Assembly (NCBI GenBank): GCA_965214545.1
Contig: OZ243950.1
Coordinates: 132,813-196,812 of the forward strand
Reading direction: 5' to 3'
DNA length: 64,000 nucleotides
DNA from: an uncultured candidatus Porisulfidus sp.
Lineage (GTDB): Bacteria > Pseudomonadota > Gammaproteobacteria > Poriferisulfidales > Poriferisulfidaceae
The position numbers and the translations under genes were made by a program. Under the pieces are notes generated by a model. It saw nothing but the letters and a program-made list of their open reading frames with translations. It ran no database searches and was not told the DNA's origin. Numbering within the stretch: the first letter of the stretch is position 1; each line of letters opens with the position of its first letter. Of the stretch, positions 13,627 to 22,465 are shown one piece after another.

Positions 13627-14471
13627 AAACAAAGTCTTGGAGGCAGTTCGATTCGCGCATCCGGCGCTGGATATGGCGGAAGGCCTGGTTGCAGCCGAAG
13701 ACCCAGGACGAGGCGCGCACCCTGATCCGGGAACTCCATTGGCGGGACCTGTTGAATGAAAGCCTGCGGAACATGCTCGAAGGGGCATTCAACATTTCAC
13801 GGTTGCGGGCATCGGACATCATGATCCCGCGCTCGGAGATGAAAGTGATCCAGATCGGCGCGTCGCGCGAGGACGTCATCGACAGCGTGATCGAGCACGG
13901 CCACTCCCGCTATCCGGTGATTGATGATGATCGCGGCGCGGTCGAGGGCATCCTGTTGGCGAAGGATGTCCTCACCCGGGTCAGGGCTTCTGAGAGCCGG
14001 GATTTCTCGATCAAGGACATGATGCTGCCGCCCCACACGCTTCCGGAGAGCAAACGGCTCAGTTCCTTGTTGCGGGATTTCCAGCACAAGCGCAGCCACA
14101 TGGGTATCGTGATCGATGAATACGGACAAGCGTCGGGCCTGGTGACCATCGAAGATGTCCTGGAGGAGATCGTCGGCGAAATTGAGGACGAGCACGACCG
14201 GGAAATGGAATCGCCGTCGGTCCGCGTCGTTGGAGAAGGGCACCACGAAGTCAAGGCAACTATGTCCATGACCGACTTCAATCAACACTTCAGGTCGGCA
14301 TTGGATCCGGCGGGCCAGGAGACCATTGGCGGGCTGGTACTGAAGAAGATCGGTTACCTGCCTGCAATCGAGGAACGGGTTGAAATTGAAGGCTTCGCAT
14401 TTACCGTGGTGAAGATTTCGGATCGGAGAATTCGTCTGCTGGACGTATCGCACGCACCCTCCGGGGACTGA
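13623..14471 (+). CDS. corC: CorC/HlyC-family Mg/Co efflux protein (CBS pair plus CorC_HlyC domain)
   Basis: 282 aa with CBS domains and a C-terminal transporter-associated domain. Its start overlaps the ybeY stop in an ATGA junction. Confidence 0.88.
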   Translation: MKTKSWRQFDSRIRRWIWRKAWLQPKTQDEARTLIRELHWRDLLNESLRNMLEGAFNISRLRASDIMIPRSEMKVIQIGASREDVIDSVIEHGHSRYPVIDDDRGAVEGILLAKDVLTRVRASESRDFSIKDMMLPPHTLPESKRLSSLLRDFQHKRSHMGIVIDEYGQASGLVTIEDVLEEIVGEIEDEHDREMESPSVRVVGEGHHEVKATMSMTDFNQHFRSALDPAGQETIGGLVLKKIGYLPAIEERVEIEGFAFTVVKISDRRIRLLDVSHAPSGD

Positions 14472-14472
14472 C

Positions 14473-16014
14473 ATGTACGGGCGGGGTCCGCTTAGGTTCT
14501 GGCGCGGACTGGGCAGCTTGCCGTGGGGCCACGCCGCCGCCTTGGCCGGTGGCATCATCGCGTCATTCGGATTCGCGCCCTATGCCTTTCGACCGGCGCT
14601 CTGGGCGGGATTGATCCTGTTCTTCTGCACGCTGTATTCAGGCTCGGCTTCGACGGCCATGAAGCGGGGCGGGCTGTTCGGTCTGGGGTATTTCGGTTTC
14701 GGGGTCTACTGGGTTTACTACAGCCTTTATCACTACGCCAGTACGCCGCTGTGGTTGTCTCTCGCACTGGCTGCGCTCCTGGTGGCATACCTGTCTTTGT
14801 ACCCGATGCTGGCGGTTGGGCTGGCGGCACGCTGGCTGCCGCGCGGCATCCGACGCCTGACGGGCGCAGCCGTGCTGCTGGCCGGGGCGGAATGGCTGCG
14901 CGGGATCCTGCTCACGGGCTTCCCATGGATTCTGATCGGGCAGGGCAGCCTGGACAGCCCTTGGGCCGGTTACCTGCCACTGCTGGGGACGCATGGAACC
15001 GGCTTGTTGCTCCTGCTGGCGGCGGGGTGGACGGCGGTATGGCTGCGCCGGCCGCTTTCCAGGCATGCCGTTTGGCTGGGCATCGTCCTGTTGACGGCAG
15101 GGGGTGGAGAAGCCCTGCGAAACTTTCCCTGGAGCACGCCTTCCGGCGAGCCCATTGAAGTCGCCCTGATTCAACCCAGCTTGAATCCGGAGGCGCGCTG
15201 GCGGGCAAAAAACCGGGGCTTCATCAAGGAAACCTATTGGGAGATGACGCAGCAGGTCGCCGAGACCCCGCTGATCATCTGGCCCGAGGCGGCCATTCCG
15301 CAGTACTACAGCCGGGTCGAAGATTTTTACCAAAGCCTTCAAGCCGAGGTCCTGGGCGACGATACGAGTTTGGTCACAGGCGTGTTCTATCGCAAGGGGG
15401 AGGAATCCGGGCCGCACAACGGGCTGATGAACCATCAGACGGGACAGCGCTATGGGAAACGCCGACTGGTCCCTTTCGGGGAATACTCCCCGCTGGAAGA
15501 CTGGCTGGGTCCGCTGTATGAACGGATTCGTTTCAGGATGCGGGCATTGGAGCCTACCGGGGACCGGCCCTTGCTCCAGGTGCGGGGGCACCCGGTCGGA
15601 GTGACGGTCTGCTACGAGTCGGTCTACCCATCGATTACCCGTCTGGCTTTTCCGGAGGCCGCCTATCTGGTGAACGTGAGCAATGACGCATGGTTCGGGA
15701 CGAGCCGGGCGCCCTGGCAGCATCTGGAATCCAGCCGCCTGCGCGCGGCAGAGACCGCCCGGGAACTCCTCCGAGCCGCGAGTACCGGGGTGACGGCAAT
15801 CATTGGCGCGGACGGGACCCTCCGCGCGGTTACCCCTCAATTCACGACCGCGATTCTGGAAGGCGAGGTGCAACCCCGGGAAGGGCTGACGCCGTATGCC
15901 CGGTTCGGAGAATGGACGTCGGCTCTTCTGGGTTTATTGATTCTTATGTTTTGCTTTTATAAGAATGATAAATCAGAACATTTATTGTTTTCAAAAAAAC
16001 GTTTTCGGCGCTGA
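14473..16014 (+). CDS. lnt: Apolipoprotein N-acyltransferase
   Basis: 513 aa. A multi-TM N-terminus is followed by a CN-hydrolase domain (VTVCYESVYP...NVSNDAWFG). The AT-rich, low-complexity C-terminal 25 codons (FYKNDKSEHLLFSKKRF) are unusual. Confidence 0.9.
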   Translation: MYGRGPLRFWRGLGSLPWGHAAALAGGIIASFGFAPYAFRPALWAGLILFFCTLYSGSASTAMKRGGLFGLGYFGFGVYWVYYSLYHYASTPLWLSLALAALLVAYLSLYPMLAVGLAARWLPRGIRRLTGAAVLLAGAEWLRGILLTGFPWILIGQGSLDSPWAGYLPLLGTHGTGLLLLLAAGWTAVWLRRPLSRHAVWLGIVLLTAGGGEALRNFPWSTPSGEPIEVALIQPSLNPEARWRAKNRGFIKETYWEMTQQVAETPLIIWPEAAIPQYYSRVEDFYQSLQAEVLGDDTSLVTGVFYRKGEESGPHNGLMNHQTGQRYGKRRLVPFGEYSPLEDWLGPLYERIRFRMRALEPTGDRPLLQVRGHPVGVTVCYESVYPSITRLAFPEAAYLVNVSNDAWFGTSRAPWQHLESSRLRAAETARELLRAASTGVTAIIGADGTLRAVTPQFTTAILEGEVQPREGLTPYARFGEWTSALLGLLILMFCFYKNDKSEHLLFSKKRFRR

Positions 16015-16030
16015 CCCGGCAACTCAAGGG

Positions 16031-16777
16031 CTACAGGGTGCGGCTGTAGGCCAGCGCCAGGCGCAGGTCGCGGCCCTGCGGCAAATCCGGCAGTTCGGCT
16101 CGGGGCTCACCCAATGATTCCAGCAATCTCAAGGTGGTTTCCAAGCAGACCGGCTCGGTTCTGGAAGAACGACTGCACAAGGCGCTCCGGAAGCCTAGGT
16201 AGTCCGGGTGGGCAGGCAGGAAATACTGCGCGGATTCAACGTTCAGCCGGCCGGCCAGGCCGCACAGCAGTCCGGCTTCCCGGGTGGCTTGCACCCAGCG
16301 TGTCGCTTGAGGCAGGTCCATGTGTTTGTCCAGGGCTCCGGAATGTTTATCGGCAGTGTCCAGCATCAGTCCGGCGAATCCTGCCGCCCGGGCGGGTTCG
16401 ATCCATTGCATCGGGTTGATTTCAGGGCGGTCTGCGAACAGTACCGCAACCGCTTGGGCTGGAGCTTCGATCGCGGCGCGGAATTCGGGCAGCAAGGATT
16501 GTTGCGATGGGCAGGAGAAACCAATCTTGACGAAATCGACACCCTCCCGGGACAACCGGCAGGCCTGCTCCACCACGTTCCGGTCATCGGCAGACCCGGC
16601 AGCGGCACTGACGTGGCGCCGGTGTTTGACCTGGTCGACGACTTGGCGGACCACCGTGGGGTCTGCGGCACCCAACGCGCCCCGTGCAGGATCTTTCAGA
16701 TCCAGAATCGCGATCGGGGTTTGGAGCAGCAGTGCCGCTTCCCCGGTATCGCGCACGCTTCCGAGGATACGGGTCAC
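16031..16777 (-). CDS. MfnB-like (5-formylfuran-3-yl)methyl phosphate synthase homolog (DUF556)
   Basis: ILDLKDPARGALGA, GVDFVKIGF, GLMLDTADKHSGAL and LLCGLAGRL align block-for-block with archaeal MfnB (IIDVKNPKEGSLGA, GADYIKVGL, VAMLDTAIKDGKTL and LKCALAGSI). The proposed start is the GTG at 16777, which forms a GTGA overlap with the upstream gene's stop. The ORF-track ATG start at 16834 is the alternative. Confidence 0.7.
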   Translation of the reverse strand: MTRILGSVRDTGEAALLLQTPIAILDLKDPARGALGAADPTVVRQVVDQVKHRRHVSAAAGSADDRNVVEQACRLSREGVDFVKIGFSCPSQQSLLPEFRAAIEAPAQAVAVLFADRPEINPMQWIEPARAAGFAGLMLDTADKHSGALDKHMDLPQATRWVQATREAGLLCGLAGRLNVESAQYFLPAHPDYLGFRSALCSRSSRTEPVCLETTLRLLESLGEPRAELPDLPQGRDLRLALAYSRTL

Positions 16778-17349
16778 GGCGCGGCGTCCTTGAGCGCGAA
16801 GTGTTCGTGGACTCGTTCCATCAGCCAGTTCCATGCCTCCCGCTCAATCTCCCCGGCGGTTTTCTCGATTGCGATGTCGAGGTATTCGATTTCGCCGCGT
16901 ATTTTCTCATCCGACAACCGGTTCAGCCGGCTGACCAGGATCGCGAGTTCAATGACGGCCGCCTGCGCCCGGTTATAGCCCTGGAAAGGCGCATGGGCGG
17001 CCTCGTGCACGATCTTGCAGGTGAACGTGGGGCGCACCGGGTCGTCGTCGAAGCCTTCCACTTCGACTTCCGCATGCGACAGGCAATTCGCCAGCCGCTG
17101 GCAGGGAAGGATCTCGGCGCTGGTCAGGGGCCAGTCATGGCGTCCGGTCAGGCATCCGGCGTAGACGCGGACATCGTCCGGGCGATTCACGACCGCGTAA
17201 CCCTCGCGCTGGAGGTTTTCCAAGGTCTGCGAGGGGCGGAACGGTTTGAGTAGTAATCTTCGCTCTGCACAGTGCACGCCCATGGGCGCGATATGCGTCT
17301 GATCGTCGGCACCGCGCGTCGTCACGATGCTCTCCAGGATTTTCGGCAT
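16774..17349 (-). CDS. DUF447-family protein (H4MPT/methanofuran-associated ORF of methylotroph-type clusters)
   Basis: A 191-aa product starting MPKILESIVTTRGADDQTHIAPMGV resembles the DUF447 family that co-occurs with H4MPT-pathway genes. Its ATG overlaps the upstream gene's stop (TGATG). The longer ORF to 17457 is an in-frame upstream extension. Confidence 0.6.
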   Translation of the reverse strand: MPKILESIVTTRGADDQTHIAPMGVHCAERRLLLKPFRPSQTLENLQREGYAVVNRPDDVRVYAGCLTGRHDWPLTSAEILPCQRLANCLSHAEVEVEGFDDDPVRPTFTCKIVHEAAHAPFQGYNRAQAAVIELAILVSRLNRLSDEKIRGEIEYLDIAIEKTAGEIEREAWNWLMERVHEHFALKDAAP

Positions 17350-18764
17350 CAGGAGGGTTTCCGGTGTTTGATTGCGTTCTTGTGTTTTTGACGGGTCGGG
17401 CCGACTTCCCGGAATGCCGACAGGTCCTTGGCGGATTCCGTCACGGCACAGCCCCACAGGAACTCTTCATCCTGCTCGTAACGTTTGCCGAGCTGCCATG
17501 CGATCTGGGCCCGTGTCAATTCAATGCCCAGGTAGAACAGGTGGCCGGGGTCGTCGTCCAGGTCCAGGTCCGCATAGAAGTCAAGCGGGTCCGTGTGAAT
17601 GCGTTCGCCGTCCCGATTGTACAGGTGAACACCGTCTTCGGCGACCCGGATGCGGAAATTGGGGTCCTTCACCTGGGCGGCCAACGCGGCGATTTCCTCT
17701 GGGCTGTACGGGAAGGGGTGGCGCTCGTGCAGCATCATCAACTGGTCGTCGATGCCCTTCGGGGGGATTCCGTGGGCGGCCGCGGCCCGCATGATTCTCC
17801 GGGCACGGTCCGCTTCGCGCAATGAGGTCCGGCAGTGTTCGCTAACCTGGGTCGTCAGCGCATACTGGATTTTCAGCTCGGAGATCAATCCGAACAGCAG
17901 GGCGTTCATGCCGGCCGTGTCCGCATGGGTCAATTCGGTCAGGTTGCCGATGCCCATCAGGATCTGAATATCCGGATAGCGGCGGCGAAGATCGACGTAG
18001 CGGGCGAGGGAGTCGGCGCAGCCGAAATGGACCGGGTCGAGAATGGGGTCGGCGATGAATGCCTGGTCCTTCTCCAGACAGCGGTCGATACAGGCGTACA
18101 GGGAGTCGAGGTCCGTATTGCTGTCGCCGATCAGGATCGGGACGGATTCGACTTCGTCGGCCACCCACAGGCTGTCCGGGCGAAGGCTCAAGAGGAAGTC
18201 TGCCCCGGCCTGTCCTCCGGCCAGCAGGTCTTGCGTCTCCAGCGAGTCGACGCTCACCACGAAACCTTCCTGCTTGAGCATCTGCACGGTTTCGGTCAGA
18301 TGCGGGAATTCCACGCCCGGCAGACAGCCGACGTCGATGATGTCGGCGCCGTCTTCCTGATAGCGGCGGGCCTCGGCCAAAATCGCGTCGGGGCTGAGAT
18401 TGGGCGCCTCGGTAATTTCGGCGAAGATTCGGACATCGTAGCGGGTCAGGTCTTCCGCCATCGCGGCCCGGCCGAAATAGACTGGAAGGTCCTTGAGTTC
18501 ATCGGGCCCCCGTTCGACCGGCACCCCGAACTGCGCTTTCAGCGGTTCAAGATCCCCGCGCACCCGGCCGGGAAGCAGGATGCGGTCGATTCCGGGAGGG
18601 AGTTCGAGCCGCTTCTGAATCAACGTGGGGGTCATCAGTGCAGCAACACTCGCGCCGACCTGGTGGACTTCGTAGTCGAAATCCGTCGGCTGCATGGATT
18701 CCAGCACGCGATGCAGGCTCTGCTCGGCAAGCTTTCCGGTCAGGAAAAGGATTTTTTCGGTCAT
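17349..18764 (-). CDS. Dihydropteroate-synthase-like pterin-binding protein with extra N- and C-terminal domains (H4MPT-biosynthesis type)
   Basis: 471 aa. The central region (GADIIDVGCLPG...ILIGDSN...GIGNLTE) looks like a DHPS/pterin-binding TIM barrel. The 120-aa N-terminal and 110-aa C-terminal extensions are typical of the methylotroph/archaeal DHPS-like protein of methanopterin synthesis. Confidence 0.65.
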   Translation of the reverse strand: MTEKILFLTGKLAEQSLHRVLESMQPTDFDYEVHQVGASVAALMTPTLIQKRLELPPGIDRILLPGRVRGDLEPLKAQFGVPVERGPDELKDLPVYFGRAAMAEDLTRYDVRIFAEITEAPNLSPDAILAEARRYQEDGADIIDVGCLPGVEFPHLTETVQMLKQEGFVVSVDSLETQDLLAGGQAGADFLLSLRPDSLWVADEVESVPILIGDSNTDLDSLYACIDRCLEKDQAFIADPILDPVHFGCADSLARYVDLRRRYPDIQILMGIGNLTELTHADTAGMNALLFGLISELKIQYALTTQVSEHCRTSLREADRARRIMRAAAAHGIPPKGIDDQLMMLHERHPFPYSPEEIAALAAQVKDPNFRIRVAEDGVHLYNRDGERIHTDPLDFYADLDLDDDPGHLFYLGIELTRAQIAWQLGKRYEQDEEFLWGCAVTESAKDLSAFREVGPTRQKHKNAIKHRKPS

Positions 18765-18981
18765 GGATTCGGGCTCAAGGCTTGAATTTTAGCAAGGGGG
18801 TTTATTTGCTCGCCTGACTCTTTCCGGAAGTCGCCACACAATCGGCAAAATTGGGCTTCACAGAAGTGTATGGAATCCGATTTTCGAATTTGCTACAGTA
18901 ACCGGTCATGTACGAGATTCGCTCCAGTGCCCAAAATTCCGGTGCGGATCATTCCTCTCGAACCTCAGCGCACCCGCAGAC

Positions 18982-20736
18982 TTGAGCAGCATCGTTTTGA
19001 AGACCCAGCCTCAACCCCAAATTACCCGCAGGAACGCCTCTCCAGAAGCGCTGGATGCGCTCCAGGACCTGCCGCCGTTGCAACGGCGGGTGTTCGCCCA
19101 ACGTGGGGTCCGCGATCTGGATGAGATCGATCTGTCGTTGCGGCAGTTGCATCCGGTCAGCGAATTTCCGGCCTGCATCCAGGCAGCAGAATTGCTGTAT
19201 TCCGTCATGCGCGAAGACGGACGCATCCTGCTGGTCGGTGATTATGACGCGGACGGTGCAACCGGCGTGGCCGTCGCCACCCGCTGCCTGCGTGCGATGG
19301 GCTACCCGCAGGTGGCATTTCTGGTTCCGGACCGTTTTCGTCATGGCTATGGGTTTTGTCCGGAGTTGATGGAGGACGTCGAGAAAGAAGATCCCACGTT
19401 AATCGTGACCATCGACAACGGGATGTCGAGCCAGGCCGCCGTGGCCGAGGCCCGCAAGCGCGGAATCCGGGTGTTGATCACCGACCACCACCTTCCGGGC
19501 GACGACCTGCCCGAGGCCGACTGCATCGTCAATCCGAACAGCCCGCCCGGCAGTTTCGCGAGTACGGCCCTGGCCGGCGTCGGGGTCGTGTTCTACGTGA
19601 TGCTGGCGTTGCGCCAGCGTTTGCAGCAGGAAGACTGGTTTGCCAGCAAGGGAATCGAAGTCCCGAACATGGCTCAGTTTCTGGACCTGGTGGCGCTGGG
19701 GACGGTGGCCGATGTCGTTCCGTTGGACCGGAACAACCGGATCTTGGTGGAAAACGGGCTGCGGTGCATCCGGAAGGGCCGAGGAGCCCCCGGCATTGTG
19801 TCCCTGCTTCGCTACGGCAAGCGGGACCCCCGGCAGGCCAGCAGCACGGACCTGGCCTTCGCGGTGGGGCCGCGCATCAACGCGGCTGGCAGGATGGAAG
19901 ACATTGCGATCGGAATCCGGTGCCTCCTGGCGGAAGGCCGCGTCGAGGCCCATGAGCTCGCCGAGCAATTGCACCAGATCAACCGCCGGCGCCGGGACAC
20001 GGAAGGGTCGATGCACGCCGAGGCCCTGCGCGAGATCGAGGAACTGTCTCTGGAGGCCGACTCGATGATGAGCGTGTGCCTGTACCGGCCGAATTGGCAC
20101 GAGGGCGTGGTGGGCATCATCGCGTCGCGAATCAGGGAGCGGTATGGATTGCCGGCCATCGTGTTCGCACAGAGCCAGGACAAGCTTTTGAAAGGGTCCG
20201 GGCGTTCGATCCCGGGTCTGAACCTCAGGGACGCGCTGGTCGATGTGGAACAGACGGATCCTGATTTGATGCAGCGTTACGGGGGTCATGCAATGGCGGT
20301 CGGCCTGACCTTGCATGAAGGTGGGCTGGAGCGATTCCAGGCTTTGCTTGAGCAGGCCGTCTCGAAGGCCTTGGGCGGCGTACGGCCCAGCCAGACCATT
20401 GAGACGGATGGCGAACTGGCCAGCGAGGAGATAACGCTTGAAAATGCGGAGTTCGCGGCGTGCGGCCATCCTTGGGGCAAAGATTTCCAGGCGCCGCTGT
20501 TCGAAGGCGAGTTCGAGGTTCGGGGCCACCAGACTTTCAACGATGCCCACACCCGGTTTGATCTCAATCCGGTTGGGCATCCGGAACGCCGCATCAAGGC
20601 CATGGCGTTTTCTCACGACCGCTTCGACTGGGATCCGGAGAGTGTCCGCTTCAGGCTGGTGTACGAGTTGGGCGTGGATGACTACCAGGGGCGCCGGTCC
20701 TGCATGTTGAATATCCAACACATCGAGTCGCTCTAG
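18982..20736 (+). CDS. recJ: Single-stranded-DNA-specific exonuclease RecJ
   Basis: 584 aa with DHH motifs (LLVGDYDADGATG and ITDHHLPG) and a DHHA1 domain. The N-terminus matches E. coli RecJ. Confidence 0.93.
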   Translation: MSSIVLKTQPQPQITRRNASPEALDALQDLPPLQRRVFAQRGVRDLDEIDLSLRQLHPVSEFPACIQAAELLYSVMREDGRILLVGDYDADGATGVAVATRCLRAMGYPQVAFLVPDRFRHGYGFCPELMEDVEKEDPTLIVTIDNGMSSQAAVAEARKRGIRVLITDHHLPGDDLPEADCIVNPNSPPGSFASTALAGVGVVFYVMLALRQRLQQEDWFASKGIEVPNMAQFLDLVALGTVADVVPLDRNNRILVENGLRCIRKGRGAPGIVSLLRYGKRDPRQASSTDLAFAVGPRINAAGRMEDIAIGIRCLLAEGRVEAHELAEQLHQINRRRRDTEGSMHAEALREIEELSLEADSMMSVCLYRPNWHEGVVGIIASRIRERYGLPAIVFAQSQDKLLKGSGRSIPGLNLRDALVDVEQTDPDLMQRYGGHAMAVGLTLHEGGLERFQALLEQAVSKALGGVRPSQTIETDGELASEEITLENAEFAACGHPWGKDFQAPLFEGEFEVRGHQTFNDAHTRFDLNPVGHPERRIKAMAFSHDRFDWDPESVRFRLVYELGVDDYQGRRSCMLNIQHIESL

Positions 20737-20739
20737 TCC

Positions 20740-21357
20740 ATGCGCGGCATTCTCGGCGGATTGTTCGACCCCATTCACTTCGGGCACTACCGGCCCGCAC
20801 TGGAACTGATGCCGGTCCTGGGCCTAGCAGAGATTCGCCTGGTTCCCTGCGGTCGCCCCGTGCATCGCGAATCGGCGCAGGCTTCCGCGGAGCATCGCTG
20901 GAACATGGTGCGGCTGGTGGCAGACGGCGTGAAGCTGGTCGCGGATGACCGAGAACTGAAAAACCCAGGGCCGTCCTATACCTACGACACGCTGGCTTCC
21001 CTGAAGAACGAGGATCCGTCTCCCTTGTGCCTTCTGGTCGGGGCGGATGCGCTGCAGGGCTTGCCGTCCTGGCATCGTGCCGAGGAACTCATTCAACTGT
21101 GCCATGTGGCCGCGATTGCGCGGCCGGGCAGTGAGCCAGAGCCTTCCCTGCCGGATGCGTGGGGTTCGCGGTGCACCCGGGACCCCGAGACCCTGAAGCA
21201 GTCGCCTTGTGGTAGGATTTATCTGCACCAAGGGGCTATGTACGATTTTTCATCCACTCAGATTCGCGATCTTATCCGTGCCGGTACGCCACCGCGTTAT
21301 TGTGTCCCGGGCCCCGTGTGGGCCTACCTTCGTCGCCATCGCCTGTACCGGGATTAG
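20740..21357 (+). CDS. nadD: Nicotinate-nucleotide adenylyltransferase
   Basis: 205 aa with GGLFDPIHFGH (HxGH motif) and a C-terminal RHRLYRD. Collinear with E. coli NadD. Confidence 0.92.
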   Translation: MRGILGGLFDPIHFGHYRPALELMPVLGLAEIRLVPCGRPVHRESAQASAEHRWNMVRLVADGVKLVADDRELKNPGPSYTYDTLASLKNEDPSPLCLLVGADALQGLPSWHRAEELIQLCHVAAIARPGSEPEPSLPDAWGSRCTRDPETLKQSPCGRIYLHQGAMYDFSSTQIRDLIRAGTPPRYCVPGPVWAYLRRHRLYRD

Positions 21358-21386
21358 GTAGAGCCCGCTTGGAAACTGATCCCCGA

Positions 21387-21734
21387 ATGGAAGCCGATGC
21401 ACTCAAGCAGTTGGTGGTCGAGGCATTGGAGGACATGAAGGCCGAAGAGACGGCGGTGCTGGATGTCCGGGACAAAACAACCATCACGAGCTACATGGTC
21501 GTCGCCAGCGGACGTTCCGACCGGCACGTCCGCAGCATCGCGGACCGGGTCGTGGAGAGCGTGCGCGACGCACGCATGGGCCGGGTATCCGAAGAAAGTA
21601 GCCGCGACTGGGTCTTGCTGGATGCGGGCGATGTCGTGGTGCACGTCATGCTTCCGGAGACTCGGCAGTTGTACGCCCTGGAGAAACTATGGTCGGTTCC
21701 GCCGGCTGAGGTGCGCGCCAGCGCCGGGCAATGA
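21387..21734 (+). CDS. rsfS: Ribosomal silencing factor RsfS (Iojap)
   Basis: The internal start MEADALKQLVVEALEDMKAEE gives 115 aa with the DVRDKTTITSYMVVASGRS motif of the RsfS/DUF143 family. The ORF-track start at 21300 would overlap nadD. Confidence 0.88.
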   Translation: MEADALKQLVVEALEDMKAEETAVLDVRDKTTITSYMVVASGRSDRHVRSIADRVVESVRDARMGRVSEESSRDWVLLDAGDVVVHVMLPETRQLYALEKLWSVPPAEVRASAGQ

Positions 21735-22312
21735 GCCGCCTGGTTTTGGCTTCGGCTTCGCCGAGGCGGGCCGAATTGCTCCGCATGGCGGGGGTTGATT
21801 TTGAACCGTATCCGGTCTCGATTGATGAGTCGCTCCGGCCAGGGGAGGACGGCGTCGCGTGGGTGATGAGGCTGGCGCAGGCCAAGGCCGCCGCCGGCTT
21901 GGAGCAACATCCCGGATCGGTGGTGCTGGCAGCAGACACCTCGGTTTTGTGCCGGGGAGCGCCACGGGGCAAGCCCAGAGATTATCAGGATTACGTGTCG
22001 ATGATGGAGGCATTCAGCGATGCGTCCCATGATGTGGTCAGCGGGGTCTGTGTCGTTTCGGCGAACAAGAAGACGCTCTTCCACTGCGTGACTACGGTCG
22101 TGTTCGGCCGCTTGTCGCCGGCTTGGGTCGATGCGTATTGGGAGAGCGGTGAGCCGAAAGACAAGGCGGGGGGCTACGCGATACAGGGGAAGGCGGGCAG
22201 CCGGGTCCGGGAGATTGGGGGCAGTTACACCAACGTGGTCGGATTGCCGCTGTACGAGACTTGTTCCGTATTGTCGGACTTCGGGATTGCACCGAATCCA
22301 GAGGTTTTTTAA
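21731..22312 (+). CDS. maf: Maf-family nucleotide pyrophosphatase
   Basis: 193 aa starting MSRLVLASASPRRAELL, the Maf N-terminal signature. ATGA overlap with the rsfS stop. Confidence 0.9.
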   Translation: MSRLVLASASPRRAELLRMAGVDFEPYPVSIDESLRPGEDGVAWVMRLAQAKAAAGLEQHPGSVVLAADTSVLCRGAPRGKPRDYQDYVSMMEAFSDASHDVVSGVCVVSANKKTLFHCVTTVVFGRLSPAWVDAYWESGEPKDKAGGYAIQGKAGSRVREIGGSYTNVVGLPLYETCSVLSDFGIAPNPEVF

Positions 22313-22465
22313 GGGTTTTTGTTCTTGGGCGGACGCGCCAAGGTCTGGTAATCAGATAGTCCTGCCATGGGCCTCCAGCCTGAACTCAGAATCCCTAGCA
22401 AAGGCATAGCAGGCCCGCTCGACTTCAATTTACAATACAGTGGCTAACTGGCCACTCATAACCGG

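Noticed and set aside
16031-16050. CTACAG-N7-CTGTAG hairpin as bidirectional terminator between lnt and the MfnB-like gene
   Set aside because: The stem overlaps the MfnB-like stop codon and lacks a U-tract. It is too weak to call without folding-energy calculation.
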